From NCBI GenBank assembly GCA_963701455.1, contig CAVPAE010000006.1:900458-964457 (forward strand): DNA of 64,000 nt. Direction: 5' to 3'. Both the position numbers and the translations under genes were made by a program. Every line of letters begins with the position of its first letter. Position 1 is the stretch's first letter. Positions 49,067 to 60,382 of the stretch are shown here, piece by piece. The notes under the pieces are model-generated. The model saw only the letters and a program-made list of their open reading frames with translations, did no database searches and had not been told where the DNA came from. The DNA is from an uncultured Gammaproteobacteria bacterium. Its GTDB lineage: Bacteria; Pseudomonadota; Gammaproteobacteria; UBA9214.

Positions 49067-50230
49067 ATGCAAAAAATTCTCACGCTGAACAATATCGCAC
49101 CCGCCGGGCTGGAACATTTCCCCCGGGATACCTACGAAGTGGCCTCCGAGATCCAGCATCCGGATGCCATCCTGCTGCGTTCCTTCAATATGCACGACAT
49201 GGAACTGCCGCCGTCGGTCAAGGCGATCGGTCGTGCCGGTGCCGGCGTCAACAATATTCCCGTCGAGCGGATGAGCGCCGCCGGCATCCCGGTATTCAAT
49301 GCACCGGGCGCGAATGCCAACGCCGTCAAGGAACTGGTTATCGCCGGCATGCTGCTGGCCTCGCGCAACATCTGCCAGGCATGGGATTTCGCCCGTTCCC
49401 TGGAAGGCGAGGATGTAGCTATTCACAAGGCGGTGGAGTCAGGCAAGAAACAGTTCGTCGGTTTCGAACTGCCGGGCAAGACACTGGGCGTCGTCGGGCT
49501 GGGCGCGATCGGTGTCCAGGTGGCCAACGGCGCCCTGGCGCAAGGCATGCATGTCGTCGGGTTCGATCCGGGTATCACCGTGCGCCGCGCCTGGGAAATG
49601 TCCTCCGAGGTGCGCCAGGCGGCGAGCATCGAGGAACTGCTGACCCACGTGGATTATGTGAGCTTCCATGTGCCGCTGGTGGACGAAACCCGCCACATGA
49701 TCAATGCGGAACGGCTCAAGCTGATGCGGGACAATGCCATCATTCTGAATTTCGCGCGCAACGGCGTTGTCGATGACTCGGCCGTGGTTGCCGCGATTGA
49801 TGCCGGCAAGATCTACGCCTATGTCTGCGATTTCCCGAGCAACCTGCTGAAGAACCATCCGCGGGTGATCGCGCTGCCGCACCTGGGCGCTTCCACGCAC
49901 CAGGCCGAGGTAAATTGCGCCATCATGGTGGCCGAGGAAGTGCGCGAATTCCTGGAAAACGGCAACGTCAGGAATTCCGTGAATTTCCCTGAAATGATGA
50001 TGCCGCGCAACACCGGCTACCGCCTGGGCATCGTCAACAGAAATGTGCCCAACATGCTGGGGCAGATATCCACCTGCATGGCCAGTTCCAACCTGAATAT
50101 TCTCGACATGCTGAACAAGTCGCGCGGTGACCTGGCCTATACGCTGGTGGATGTTGATACGCCGGTCAAACCGGATTGCCTGGCCAGCATCGCCGCGATT
50201 GAAGGCGTGCTCAACGTCAGGGCGTTATAG
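49067..50230 (+). CDS. serA: D-3-phosphoglycerate dehydrogenase (2-hydroxyacid dehydrogenase family with C-terminal ACT-like domain)
   Basis: GKTLGVVGLGAIG NAD-binding motif, catalytic histidine region. Positioned between serC and pheA. Confidence 0.75.
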   Translation: MQKILTLNNIAPAGLEHFPRDTYEVASEIQHPDAILLRSFNMHDMELPPSVKAIGRAGAGVNNIPVERMSAAGIPVFNAPGANANAVKELVIAGMLLASRNICQAWDFARSLEGEDVAIHKAVESGKKQFVGFELPGKTLGVVGLGAIGVQVANGALAQGMHVVGFDPGITVRRAWEMSSEVRQAASIEELLTHVDYVSFHVPLVDETRHMINAERLKLMRDNAIILNFARNGVVDDSAVVAAIDAGKIYAYVCDFPSNLLKNHPRVIALPHLGASTHQAEVNCAIMVAEEVREFLENGNVRNSVNFPEMMMPRNTGYRLGIVNRNVPNMLGQISTCMASSNLNILDMLNKSRGDLAYTLVDVDTPVKPDCLASIAAIEGVLNVRAL

Positions 50231-50239
50231 CAGCCGGTT

Positions 50240-51322
50240 ATGGGCGACGACAGCAAACTCGATGAGCTGCGCGAACGCATCGACAGCCTGGATGAACAGA
50301 TCCAGGCGCTGATAAGCCAGCGGGCGGCCTGCGCCCGTGAAGTCGCGGCGGTAAAACTTGCCGCCGGCGAAGACACGCATTTCTACCGTCCCGAACGCGA
50401 GGCCGTCATCCTGCGCCGCATCGGCGAGCGCAATTCCGGTCCCCTGCCGGACGCGGAAATGGTGCGCCTGTTCCGCGAAATCATGTCGGCCTGCCTGGCG
50501 CTGGAAAAACAGCTCACCATCGCCTATCTCGGGCCGGAAGGCACCTTCACCCAGGCGGCCGCGCTGAAACAGTTCGGCCATTCGGTGCAGACACTGGCAC
50601 TGAACGGCATCGGGGATGTGTTTCGCGAAGTCGAGGCCGGGGCCGCGGATTACGGCGTCGTACCGGTGGAAAACTCCACCGAGGGTGTCATCAGCCACAC
50701 CCTTGACCTGTTCCAGTACTCGCGCCTCGGCATTTGCGGCGAGGTTGAGCTGCGCATTCACCATCACCTGCTGGCGCAGCGCAGTGATGTGAAAATCACC
50801 CGGGTGCTGGCGCACCAGCAGGCGCTGGCACAGTGCCGCGGCTGGCTGGAGCTGAACCTGCCCGCTGCCGAGCACATTGCGGTCGGCAGCAATGCCGAGG
50901 CGGCGCGACTGGTCAGTGAAGATGAATCCGCTGCAGCCATCGCCAGCGATACGGCGGCGGAGCTCTACGGCCTGGTGATCCTGGAGCCGAATATCGAGGA
51001 CGAGCCGACCAATACGACCCGCTTTCTGGTGATCGGCATGCAGGTGGCAGCGCCCAGCGGCAATGACAAGACCTCCCTGCTGATCTCGGTGCGCAACCGG
51101 CCGGGCGCCCTGTATCGCATGCTGCGACCGCTGGCCGACCACGGCATCAGCATGACCCGCATCGAGTCCAGGCCCTCACGCCAGGCCATGTGGGAATATG
51201 TCTTCTATATCGATGTGGACGGGCACCGTGAGGATGCCGCAGTCGCCGCTGCGCTGAGTGACCTGGAACAGGAGACCTTTGCCGTCAGGGTGCTGGGGTC
51301 ATATCCGAAATCGGCTGTCTAG
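50240..51322 (+). CDS. pheA: Bifunctional chorismate mutase / prephenate dehydratase (P-protein)
   Basis: N-terminal chorismate mutase (LRERIDSLDEQIQALISQRAA), prephenate dehydratase domain, C-terminal ACT domain. Confidence 0.9.
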   Translation: MGDDSKLDELRERIDSLDEQIQALISQRAACAREVAAVKLAAGEDTHFYRPEREAVILRRIGERNSGPLPDAEMVRLFREIMSACLALEKQLTIAYLGPEGTFTQAAALKQFGHSVQTLALNGIGDVFREVEAGAADYGVVPVENSTEGVISHTLDLFQYSRLGICGEVELRIHHHLLAQRSDVKITRVLAHQQALAQCRGWLELNLPAAEHIAVGSNAEAARLVSEDESAAAIASDTAAELYGLVILEPNIEDEPTNTTRFLVIGMQVAAPSGNDKTSLLISVRNRPGALYRMLRPLADHGISMTRIESRPSRQAMWEYVFYIDVDGHREDAAVAAALSDLEQETFAVRVLGSYPKSAV

Positions 51323-51417
51323 AATCGTGTGGACTACGACGCTACCTGCTACAGGCTTGAGAGAGTAAATGCTGATGGCTGTCGCGGATAACCACTTTTT
51401 CGACCTGGCGGCACCGG

Positions 51418-52503
51418 GTGTCGCGCCAGTTGCGGCCCTACCAGCCGGGCAAGCCGGTCGCGGAACTGGAACGCGAATACGGGATTCGCGATGCCATCAA
51501 GCTGGCGTCCAACGAGAATCCCCTGGGGCCAAGCCCCCTGGCAGTTGCCGCGGCGCAGGCCGTGTTGCAGGACATCGCGCGCTATCCCGAGGGCAGCGGC
51601 CACACGCTGGCGCAGCGGCTGGCGGAAAAACATGTGCTGTCCCGGGAATGCGTAACCCTGGGCAATGGTTCCAATGACATCCTCGACCTGGTTGCACGGG
51701 TGTTCCTGACGCCGGAGCATTCCGCGGTTTACTCGGAGTATGCCTTTGCTGTCTACCCGATAGCGGTGCAGGCCGTTGGCGCGCAGGCCAGGGTGGCTCC
51801 CGCTCACGACGGCAGCCGCGGTCCGGCGTACGGCCACGATCTTGCCGCGATGCAGGAGCAGGTGGATGACACGACCCGCCTGGTCTTTATCGCCAACCCC
51901 AACAACCCGACCGGGACCTGGCTGGCGGAGCCGGAGCTGGAAGACTTCATCGCCAGCCTGCCGGCACATGTCATGGTGGTGGTCGATGAGGCGTACTTCG
52001 AGTACGTGGGCCACGCCAGCTACCCGGATACCTCGCGCTGGCTGGAACGGTTTCCGAACCTGATCGTGACGCGCACCTTTTCCAAGGCCTACGGACTCGC
52101 CGGCTTGCGGGTTGGCTATGCGCTGTCGCATCCGGCCGTCGCCGACCTGCTGAACCGGGTGCGGCATCCCTTCAACGTCAACCTGGTCGGCCAGGCCGCC
52201 GCGCTCGCGGCGCTGGAGGATAACGAACATCTCGACAAGAGCATTCGCTGCAACCATGAAGGCATGTTCCAGTTGCTGACCGGTGTTTCCCGGCTGGGGC
52301 TTGCCGCTATCGAATCGGCCGGCAACTTCCTGACCCTGGATACCGGGCGCGCCGCGCTCGAGGTCTACAACGCACTGTTGCAGGAAGGCGTGATCGTGCG
52401 CCCGGTCGCAAACTACGGCATGCCGCAGCACCTGCGCGTGACCATCGGGCGTACAGATGAGAATGCGCGCTTCCTGGCAGCGCTGGAAAAGGTGCTGGCA
52501 TGA
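51418..52503 (+). CDS. hisC: Histidinol-phosphate aminotransferase
   Basis: LASNENPLGPSP. Class II aminotransferase. Overlaps tyrA by 4 nt. Confidence 0.85.
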   Translation: MSRQLRPYQPGKPVAELEREYGIRDAIKLASNENPLGPSPLAVAAAQAVLQDIARYPEGSGHTLAQRLAEKHVLSRECVTLGNGSNDILDLVARVFLTPEHSAVYSEYAFAVYPIAVQAVGAQARVAPAHDGSRGPAYGHDLAAMQEQVDDTTRLVFIANPNNPTGTWLAEPELEDFIASLPAHVMVVVDEAYFEYVGHASYPDTSRWLERFPNLIVTRTFSKAYGLAGLRVGYALSHPAVADLLNRVRHPFNVNLVGQAAALAALEDNEHLDKSIRCNHEGMFQLLTGVSRLGLAAIESAGNFLTLDTGRAALEVYNALLQEGVIVRPVANYGMPQHLRVTIGRTDENARFLAALEKVLA

Positions 52504-53360
52504 TCGAGCGACTCTGCATCATCGGTGTTGGCCTGATCGGCGGCTCGCTGGCGCGGGCATTGCGCGAGGCCGGCTATTGCAGGTCCGTGGTGGGAGCGGG
52601 GCGCAACCCGGAGAATCTTCGGCATGCCATCGAACTGGGTGTTATCGACAGCTATGAAACCGATCTTGCCCGGGCGGTAGCCGGCGCAGACATGGTGCTG
52701 GTCGCGGTACCCCTGGGTGCGATGGAACCCGTCTTCAGCGCAATTCGGGGACATCTTGCCGATGGCGCCGTGCTGACCGATGCCGGCAGCGCCAAGGTCA
52801 GCGTCATCGAAGCGGTACGGCGGGCATTCGGGGAAGTGCCGGAGAACTTCGTGCCAGGGCACCCGATCGCAGGTATCGAGCAGAGCGGGGTGGCGGCCTC
52901 GCTGCCGGACCTGTATCGCAATCGCCGGGTGATCCTCACACCGTTGCCGGAAACCGCCGCCGCTGCCACCCAGCGGGTGCGGAGCATGTGGGAGGTGGCC
53001 GGCGCGGAGGTGGTGGACATGGAACCCGTGCATCATGACGCGGTGCTCGCGGCAACCAGTCACCTGCCGCACGTGCTGGCGTTTACCCTGGTGGAGAGCC
53101 TGGCGCGGCTGCAGGACAAGGCGGAAATTTTCGAGTATGCGGCCGGCGGATTCCGGGACTTCACCCGTATCGCCTCCAGCGATCCCGTCATGTGGCGCGA
53201 TATCTGTATCGCCAACGGGGATGCGATCCAGCAGATGATCGAGCGCTTTATCGGTGACCTGCAGGTGCTGGATCGAGCCGTGGAGGCACGCGATGGTGAC
53301 CGTCTGCTGCAGATTTTCGCGGATGCCAAGGCGGCTCGCGACCGCTTTGTGCACAAGTAA
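52500..53360 (+). CDS. tyrA: Prephenate/arogenate dehydrogenase
   Basis: IIGVGLIGGSLARAL NAD-binding N-terminus, 286 aa. Confidence 0.85.
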   Translation: MIERLCIIGVGLIGGSLARALREAGYCRSVVGAGRNPENLRHAIELGVIDSYETDLARAVAGADMVLVAVPLGAMEPVFSAIRGHLADGAVLTDAGSAKVSVIEAVRRAFGEVPENFVPGHPIAGIEQSGVAASLPDLYRNRRVILTPLPETAAAATQRVRSMWEVAGAEVVDMEPVHHDAVLAATSHLPHVLAFTLVESLARLQDKAEIFEYAAGGFRDFTRIASSDPVMWRDICIANGDAIQQMIERFIGDLQVLDRAVEARDGDRLLQIFADAKAARDRFVHK

Positions 53361-53374
53361 CCCGGGGTACGCTC

Positions 53375-55366
53375 ATGAGTGAACTGCGCTTTCATGCAAC
53401 GCCCGGCGGCTGCCTGACCGGCCGCCTGCGGGTGCCCGGCGACAAGTCGATTTCACACCGTTCCATCATGCTGGGTTCGCTGGCCGAGGGGGAAACCCGG
53501 GTCAGCGGTTTTCTGGAAGGTGAGGACAGCCTGGCGACACTGGCGGCGTTTCGCGCCATGGGCGTGGATATCGAGGGGCCGCAGGCCGGCAGGGTGCGCA
53601 TCCAGGGGGTGGGTCTGCATGGCCTGACCGCGCCCGCCGATGCGCTGTACCTGGGCAATTCCGGGACCTCCATGCGGCTGATGTCGGGGCTGCTTGCCGG
53701 CCAGGCATTCGATACCACCCTGACCGGGGATGTCTCCCTGTCGGGACGGCCCATGCAGCGCGTGGTGCGGCCACTGACCGGCATGGGGGCGCGTATTGAT
53801 GCGACAGCGGCCGGGACGGCGCCGCTGCGGATACACGGCGGCGCGGCGCTGACCGGCATTGACTACGACATGCCGGTTGCCAGCGCGCAGGTGAAATCCA
53901 GTGTCCTGCTGGCCGGGCTGTATGCCACCGGGACAACCTGTGTGCGCGAACCGGCGCCGACCCGCGACCACACCGAACGCATGCTGGCGGGGATGGGTTA
54001 TCCGCTGCGGCGTGAACCCGGGCGGGTTTGCCTGGATGGCGGACACGGGCTGCACGGTATTGAAATCGATGTCCCGGCGGACATTTCCTCGGCGGCATTT
54101 TTTCTGGTAGGTGCCAGTATCGCACCGGGTTCCGACCTGGTGCTCGAACATGTGGGCATGAATCCGACGCGCACCGGGGTCATCGATATCCTGCAGCGCA
54201 TGGGTGCCGCGATCGAGGTGCGCAACGCACGCGATGTCGGCGGTGAACCGGTGGCCGACCTGCATGTCCGTTCGGCACCCCTGCGGGGGATCGATATCCC
54301 GCCCGAACTCGTGCCGCTGGCGATCGATGAATTTCCCGTGATCTTTGTCGCGGCGGCCTGCGCGCAGGGCAGGACCGTGCTGACCGGTGCCGAGGAGTTG
54401 CGGGTCAAGGAAAGCGATCGCATCCAGGTGATGGCGGATGGCCTGAAGGTGCTGGGCATCAATGCGGTCGCAACCGCGGACGGTATGCAGATCGAGGGTG
54501 GTACGCTCGGCGGCGGCTGCGTCGACAGTCACGGCGATCATCGCATCGCCATGGCGTTCACCATGGCGGCACTGCGGGCGCAGGCTGCCATAGAAATTCG
54601 TGACTGCGCCAACGTGAACACCTCGTTCCCGGATTTCGTCGGCCAGGCACGCCACGCCGGCGTCAACGTCGAGACAGCTCGAGCTGAGATTTCTATGCAC
54701 GTTCCGGTTATCACCATCGACGGCCCCAGCGGTTCCGGCAAGGGCACGATCAGCCAGTTCCTGGCGGAGGAACTGGGCTGGCATCATCTTGACAGTGGTG
54801 CGTTGTATCGACTGCTGGCCTATGCCGCGTTGCAGGAATCCGTGGCGCTGGATGATGCCACGGCGCTGGCGGCGCTGGCCGGTCGCCTGCAGGCACGCTA
54901 CCGTTTGCCGACACGGCAGAATCCGGAGATCCTGCTCGATGGCGAGGATGTTGGCGAGGCCCTGCGATCCGAGACCTGCGGCAACGCGGCATCGCAGGCG
55001 GCGGCCCTGCCGGCGGTGCGCCAGGCGCTGCTGGAATGGCAACGGCACTACCGCCAGTCACCCGGTCTGGTCGCTGACGGACGTGACATGGGAACGGTGG
55101 TTTTTCCCGATGCCGACCTCAAGCTGTACCTGGTGGCGCGTCCCGAAGTGCGCGCCCTGAGAAGATATAACCAATTGAAAAAAAAGGGAATAGAGGTGGA
55201 TCTGGCGGAGCTGGTTAGCGCGGTCGAGACCCGCGACCGGCGTGATTCAGCACGCGAGGCATCCCCCCTGAAACCCGCCGGGGATGCACTGATCGTGGAT
55301 AACAGTGACCTGGATGAATCCGAAACCCTGCGTCTCATTCTGGACGCCGTCCACAGGGTTGTGTAA
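53375..55366 (+). CDS. aroA: 3-phosphoshikimate 1-carboxyvinyltransferase (EPSP synthase, residues ~1-435) continuous with cytidylate kinase (residues ~440-663) in one ORF
   Basis: EPSPS N-terminus LRVPGDKSISHRSIMLGSLAEGET. The cytidylate kinase part starts MHVPVITIDGPSGSGKGT. No in-frame stop. An out-of-frame TGA 8 nt upstream of the cmk ATG suggests a possible 1-bp indel rather than a genuine fusion. Confidence 0.8.
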   Translation: MSELRFHATPGGCLTGRLRVPGDKSISHRSIMLGSLAEGETRVSGFLEGEDSLATLAAFRAMGVDIEGPQAGRVRIQGVGLHGLTAPADALYLGNSGTSMRLMSGLLAGQAFDTTLTGDVSLSGRPMQRVVRPLTGMGARIDATAAGTAPLRIHGGAALTGIDYDMPVASAQVKSSVLLAGLYATGTTCVREPAPTRDHTERMLAGMGYPLRREPGRVCLDGGHGLHGIEIDVPADISSAAFFLVGASIAPGSDLVLEHVGMNPTRTGVIDILQRMGAAIEVRNARDVGGEPVADLHVRSAPLRGIDIPPELVPLAIDEFPVIFVAAACAQGRTVLTGAEELRVKESDRIQVMADGLKVLGINAVATADGMQIEGGTLGGGCVDSHGDHRIAMAFTMAALRAQAAIEIRDCANVNTSFPDFVGQARHAGVNVETARAEISMHVPVITIDGPSGSGKGTISQFLAEELGWHHLDSGALYRLLAYAALQESVALDDATALAALAGRLQARYRLPTRQNPEILLDGEDVGEALRSETCGNAASQAAALPAVRQALLEWQRHYRQSPGLVADGRDMGTVVFPDADLKLYLVARPEVRALRRYNQLKKKGIEVDLAELVSAVETRDRRDSAREASPLKPAGDALIVDNSDLDESETLRLILDAVHRVV

Positions 55367-55528
55367 AAAACCCTATACAATGAACTAGATACAGTTATAC
55401 TATTCACTTTCGCCGGATCGGGATCTGTATTCCGCTCCTTACTTTTAACCAGACTTGTCGCGATCTTCCCGGAGATTGCGGCGCATAGATAGCGGGCCGT
55501 GTTTAACGGTCCCAGGAAGTTTTCCCCC

Positions 55529-57202
55529 ATGACCCAAAGTTTTGCTGAAATGTTTGAAGAGAGCCTCGTCAACCAGGAGTTGCGTCGGGGTGCAGTTGTA
55601 ATCGGGACAGTTGTTGATATTCAGTCAGATAGTGTGATTGTCCATGCCGGTCTCAAATCGGAAGGTGTGATTCCGATCGAGGAGTTCAAGAACGCCTCGG
55701 GTGACCTTGAAGTTCAGGTCGGTGACGAGGTTGAGGTTTCCCTGGAGGCCATCGAGGATGGTTTTGGCGAGACCCGCCTTTCCCGCGAGAAAGCGAAACG
55801 TGATCAGGTCTGGCGTCGTCTGGAAAAAGCGTTTGAAAACGAGGATATCGTCAAGGGTGTTATCAGCGGCAAGGTGAAGGGTGGTTTCACCGTGGATATC
55901 GAGGAGATCCGTGCATTCCTGCCGGGCTCCCTGGTCGATGTCCGTCCGGTGCGCGATCCGGTCTACCTGGAAGGCAAGGAACTGGAATTCAAGGTCATCA
56001 AGCTGGACCAGCGTCGCAACAATGTCGTGGTTTCACGCCGCGCCGTTGTGGAAACCGAGTTCAGTGCCGAGCGCGAAGCGCTGCTGGAAAGTCTGCAGGA
56101 AGGCATGACGGTGAAGGGTATCGTGAAGAACCTCACCGATTACGGTGTGTTCGTGGACCTCGGCGGTATCGATGGCCTGCTGCACATCACGGACATGGCC
56201 TGGAAGCGGGTCAAGCATCCTTCTGAAATTGTCAACGTCGGTGACGAGATCGACGTCAAGGTTCTCAAGTTTGACCGGGAACGCAACCGCGTTTCTCTGG
56301 GCATGAAACAGCTGGGACAGGATCCGTGGGCGGACCTGGCACGTCGCTACCCGGCCAACTCGCGGCTGTTCGGCAAGGTGACCAACATCGCCGACTACGG
56401 TTGTTTCGTCGAGATCGAGGAGGGCGTGGAAGGCCTGGTGCATGTTTCCGAAATGGACTGGACCAACAAGAACGTCAACCCTTCCAAGGTCGTTCACATC
56501 GGTCAGGAAGTCGAGGTCATGGTGCTGGACATCGACGAGGAACGCCGCCGCATCTCGCTGGGTATCAAGCAGTGCTTCCCGAACCCCTGGGATGAATTCG
56601 GCGCGACCCGCAACAAGGGTGACCACGTCAAGGGCACCATCAAGTCGATTACGGATTTCGGCATCTTCATCGGTCTGGATGGGGAAATCGACGGTCTGGT
56701 GCACCTGTCGGACATCTCCTGGCATGAGCCGGGCGAAGAGGCCGTGCGCAAGTTCGCCAAGGGTGACGAGATCGAGGCCGTCGTGCTGTCGGTCGATCCC
56801 GAGCGGGAGCGTATCTCGCTGGGCATCAAGCAGCTGGAAAAAGATCCCTTCTCGAATTTTGTTGCTGAACACAGCAAGGGCAGTGTCGTTACGGGTACTG
56901 TCAAGGAAGTCGATGCCAAGGCAGCCATCATCGACCTGGGAGACGGTGTCGACGGTACCCTGCGTGCCTCGGAGCTGTCCCGCGATCGTATCGAGGATGC
57001 CCGGACCGTGCTGAACGTGGGTGATGAAGTCGAGGCCAAGTTCATGGGTGTCGACCGCAAGAGCCGCGCCATCATGCTGTCGATCAAGGCCAAGGACTCC
57101 GATGACGAGGCCGCCATGATGCAGGACTACGGCTCGGGTTCCACGGAGGCAACGACGAATCTCGGCGATGTGCTCAAGCAGCAAATGAATGGAGATGACT
57201 AG
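55529..57202 (+). CDS. rpsA: 30S ribosomal protein S1
   Basis: [13 protein letters not shown]... Six S1 repeats, 557 aa. Confidence 0.95.
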   Translation: MTQSFAEMFEESLVNQELRRGAVVIGTVVDIQSDSVIVHAGLKSEGVIPIEEFKNASGDLEVQVGDEVEVSLEAIEDGFGETRLSREKAKRDQVWRRLEKAFENEDIVKGVISGKVKGGFTVDIEEIRAFLPGSLVDVRPVRDPVYLEGKELEFKVIKLDQRRNNVVVSRRAVVETEFSAEREALLESLQEGMTVKGIVKNLTDYGVFVDLGGIDGLLHITDMAWKRVKHPSEIVNVGDEIDVKVLKFDRERNRVSLGMKQLGQDPWADLARRYPANSRLFGKVTNIADYGCFVEIEEGVEGLVHVSEMDWTNKNVNPSKVVHIGQEVEVMVLDIDEERRRISLGIKQCFPNPWDEFGATRNKGDHVKGTIKSITDFGIFIGLDGEIDGLVHLSDISWHEPGEEAVRKFAKGDEIEAVVLSVDPERERISLGIKQLEKDPFSNFVAEHSKGSVVTGTVKEVDAKAAIIDLGDGVDGTLRASELSRDRIEDARTVLNVGDEVEAKFMGVDRKSRAIMLSIKAKDSDDEAAMMQDYGSGSTEATTNLGDVLKQQMNGDD

Positions 57203-57286
57203 TCAGCCGATAGCCTGATGCAGGCGATCACGGCTGATTCATCGAGTATGACTGGAACGGAAATCTAATCCGGGTTGGTGGATAAA

Positions 57287-57592
57287 ATGACAAAGTCTGA
57301 ATTGATCGAGATACTTGCGGCGAAAAACGGACATCTGAATCACAAGGATGTCGAGTTGGCCGTCAAAAGTCTTCTTGAACAAATGAGCTGGGCACTCGCA
57401 ACCGGACAACGGATTGAAATCAGGGGGTTCGGCAGTTTCTCGTTGCATTACCGTCCACCGCGCATCGGCAGGAATCCGAAGACCGGAGAATCTGTCGCGC
57501 TGGCAGCCAAGCATGTGCCGCATTTCAAGCCGGGCAAGGAGCTCAGGGAGCGGGTCAATGCCGGTCTCGCACGTGAAAGGGAATTGTTATAG
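57287..57592 (+). CDS. ihfB: Integration host factor subunit beta
   Basis: [17 protein letters not shown]...[27 protein letters not shown]. Confidence 0.9.
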   Translation: MTKSELIEILAAKNGHLNHKDVELAVKSLLEQMSWALATGQRIEIRGFGSFSLHYRPPRIGRNPKTGESVALAAKHVPHFKPGKELRERVNAGLARERELL

Positions 57593-57676
57593 CGAGACTT
57601 GCCTCGAATACGCCTCCGGTCCTGACAGTGACGCCATTGCCGGAAGTGACATCGTCTCCTGTTGTAACCCGATCAT

Positions 57677-57722
57677 CCGGGGCACCCGCCAGTTTGCCGG
57701 CAGGTGCCCCGGCTTTTTGTTT
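57677..57722 (+). terminator. Rho-independent terminator after ihfB
   Basis: ccggggcacc...ggtgccccgg stem followed by ctttttgttt. Confidence 0.75.
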
Positions 57723-57809
57723 GAACGTCGGCAGCACCCGGTTGCGGCCTGCTGACAGGCTGCTGCAGGCAACTGTGTTGCCGGGAGCAGCGCATACCGG
57801 TTCGCTATC

Positions 57810-58982
57810 ATGCTGACGCTTGATCTGCTCTGGCTGCTGTTGCCCGTTGCCGCGGCCACTGGCTGGATGGCCGGGCGCCGCAACCGGGGGAAACCCGGTA
57901 GCTGTTCTGACTCCATTCTCGGGCCTGAATACATCAAGGGGTTGAACTACCTGCTCAACGAGCAGCAGGACAAGGCCATTGATGTCTTCATCCGCATGCT
58001 CGAGGTCAACAGTGACACCGTCGAGACTCACCTCGCCCTCGGCAACCTGTTCAGAAAACGGGGCGAGGTAGACCGCGCAATCCGCATCCATCAGAACCTG
58101 ATCGCACGCAGCAGTCTCAGCTCCGAGCAGCGCAACGATGCCTTGCTGGAGCTTGGCGAGGATTACATGAAGGCCGGCCTGTTTGACCGTGCTGAAGGGT
58201 TGTTCAGCGAACTGATAGAGAACAACGTCCATGTCTCCAGCGCATTGCCGCTGCTGCTTGATATCTACCAGCAGGAAAAGGACTGGGCCAGTGCGATCAG
58301 GATTGCGGAGCAGATGGGCATTGTCAGCGGGCAGCCGTCCAGGTCAATCATCGCCCAGTTTTACTGTGAACTCGCAGAAAATGCGCGCGCTCGCGACAAT
58401 ATAGAGGAGGCGTGCAAGCTGCTTGAACAGGCCAGTGAGTTCGATCCCTACTGCGCGCGCGCGCGCCTGATCCGCGCTGTAATCGCGAGGCAGCAGGGCG
58501 AGTACCGGATGGCACTGGCTGCCTATGAACAGGTGGCGGAGCGCGACATTGAATTGCTGCCGGAAATTCTGGATGACATGTACGCCTGTCACGTGGAGCT
58601 CGGAACACTGCCCGTGATGATCGACTATCTGCACAAGGCCGTGTCACTGTATGCCGGCATCACGCCCGTGCTGATGCTCGCCGACATCATGAGCAGCGAG
58701 AAGGACGACAGGACAGCCGCCGCTTTTATTTCCGGGGAACTCGGCAAGCGTCCCTCGGTGCGCGGGCTTTCACGCTTCATCGATCTCAGCCTGGCCAACA
58801 GTGAAGGTGCAGCCCGGGAAAACCTGCTGATCCTGAAAAACATGACCGACAAGCTGCTGGAAAACAAGCCGGTCTACAAATGCCACGATTGCGGGTTTTG
58901 CGGCAAGGCATTGCACTGGCAGTGCCCGGGCTGCAAGCACTGGAATACCGTCAAACCGATACACGGCGTCGAGGGCGAGTAA
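57810..58982 (+). CDS. lapB: Lipopolysaccharide assembly protein B (YciM): TPR repeats plus a C-terminal rubredoxin-like zinc finger
   Basis: N-terminal TM LLWLLLPVAAATGWMAGRR, TPR repeats, C-terminal CHDCGFCGKALHWQCPGCKHW. Confidence 0.85.
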   Translation: MLTLDLLWLLLPVAAATGWMAGRRNRGKPGSCSDSILGPEYIKGLNYLLNEQQDKAIDVFIRMLEVNSDTVETHLALGNLFRKRGEVDRAIRIHQNLIARSSLSSEQRNDALLELGEDYMKAGLFDRAEGLFSELIENNVHVSSALPLLLDIYQQEKDWASAIRIAEQMGIVSGQPSRSIIAQFYCELAENARARDNIEEACKLLEQASEFDPYCARARLIRAVIARQQGEYRMALAAYEQVAERDIELLPEILDDMYACHVELGTLPVMIDYLHKAVSLYAGITPVLMLADIMSSEKDDRTAAAFISGELGKRPSVRGLSRFIDLSLANSEGAARENLLILKNMTDKLLENKPVYKCHDCGFCGKALHWQCPGCKHWNTVKPIHGVEGE

Positions 58983-59009
58983 CTGATGAATTTCCCGGAG
59001 GATGAGTGA

Positions 59010-59727
59010 ATGAGCACGGCGGAGAAACCCGAACCCAGGGTAATCGTGGCCCTGGACTACCCTGACCGCACCGCGGCCCTGGCGCTGGTCGAGCGACTGG
59101 AGCCGGGGTCTATGCCGGCTGAAGGTAGGCAAGGAACTGTTTACCCGTGCCGGGCCACAGCTGGTCGAGGACCTGATTGCGCGCGGCTTCGAGGTGTTCC
59201 TGGACCTGAAATTCCACGATATTCCCAATACGGTGGCCAGCGCCTGCCACGCCGCTGCGGACCTGGGCGTGTGGATGCTGAATGTCCATGCGCTCGGCGG
59301 GGAGCGGATGCTGCTGGCGGCGCGTGAAGGCTGCGCAAGGGCAGGGCACAACCCGTTGCTGGTCGCGGTTACCATTTTAACCAGCATGGATGCGCAGGAC
59401 CTCGCAGCAGTCGGTCTTGCCGGGTCGCCGGAAGACAATGTGCTGCGGCTCGCAGCCCTGGTGCAGCGCTGCGGTCTCGACGGTGTGGTTTGTTCCTCCC
59501 GCGAGACGGCTGTCCTCAGGGAACGGCTCGGGCCGGACTTCACCCTGGTGACGCCGGGCATCAGGCCGGCCGGCAGTCAGCAGGACGACCAGCGCCGCGT
59601 CATGACGCCGCAGGAGGCCATCAGCAGTGGTGCCAGCTATCTGGTGATCGGCCGCCCGGTGACCCAGGCTGACGACCCGGTCAGCGTTTTGCGTACAATC
59701 AATTCGGAACTCGCCGCTTTGCAATAG
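59010..59727 (+). CDS. pyrF: Orotidine 5'-phosphate decarboxylase; frame broken by an apparent 1-bp indel near 59110
   Basis: [23 protein letters not shown], then after the shift [43 protein letters not shown]-track pieces 59010..59327 and 59194..59727. Confidence 0.8.
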
Positions 59728-59834
59728 CCTGCCTGTACGGCATCTTCCCTGGTGTGGTGTTCGCATGCAGTGATCCTGGTGCGGATACCGCAGGTAACAA
59801 CATATACAGGGAAAGTCACCAACAGGAGGCAGGA

Positions 59835-60107
59835 ATGCATTATCTCAAATGGTTTTATCTCATGCTTGTGCTGCTCATGGCGGCGCCGGTGTCGGCCGGT
59901 CCGGTCGACATCAATACCGCGGATGCCGCCACGCTGGCGAGTGCCATTAATGGCGTCGGCGAGAAGAAGGCGGCGACGATTGTCGAGTACCGCAACACCC
60001 ACGGACCGTTTGCCAGCGTGGACGATCTGGCCAGTATCAAGGGTATTGGTGCCGCCACAATTGACCGCAACCGTGACAACCTGACGGTTGTTTCACCCTC
60101 CAGGTAG
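59835..60107 (+). CDS. ComEA-family helix-hairpin-helix DNA-binding protein (secreted)
   Basis: Signal peptide MHYLKWFYLMLVLLMAAPVSA, then DINTADAATLASAINGVGEKKAATIVEYRNTHGPFASVDDLASIKGIG. Confidence 0.7.
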   Translation: MHYLKWFYLMLVLLMAAPVSAGPVDINTADAATLASAINGVGEKKAATIVEYRNTHGPFASVDDLASIKGIGAATIDRNRDNLTVVSPSR

Positions 60108-60382
60108 TTCTGCATCCCCGCCATCCCGGTTTGACCAGGATGGCGGGGGATGTCTCTACAGTCTTCTTTCCGTCTCGACAATACTGGCTCGGTCTCTTGC
60201 GAAGCCTGTTTCCTGTGTGCATGCCTATTGCTGTCAGGATGCGGTACGATAGCTCCTGTTGACGGCGACATCCCGGAGGCTCTGCGCCTGCCGGATTGTC
60301 AATTTTTCAACTGCGAAGCCGATGTTCCTGTAGGTTGGGGAAGGTGGTCTTCTCCATTGCTTGATTGCCAGGGAAACGAAAA

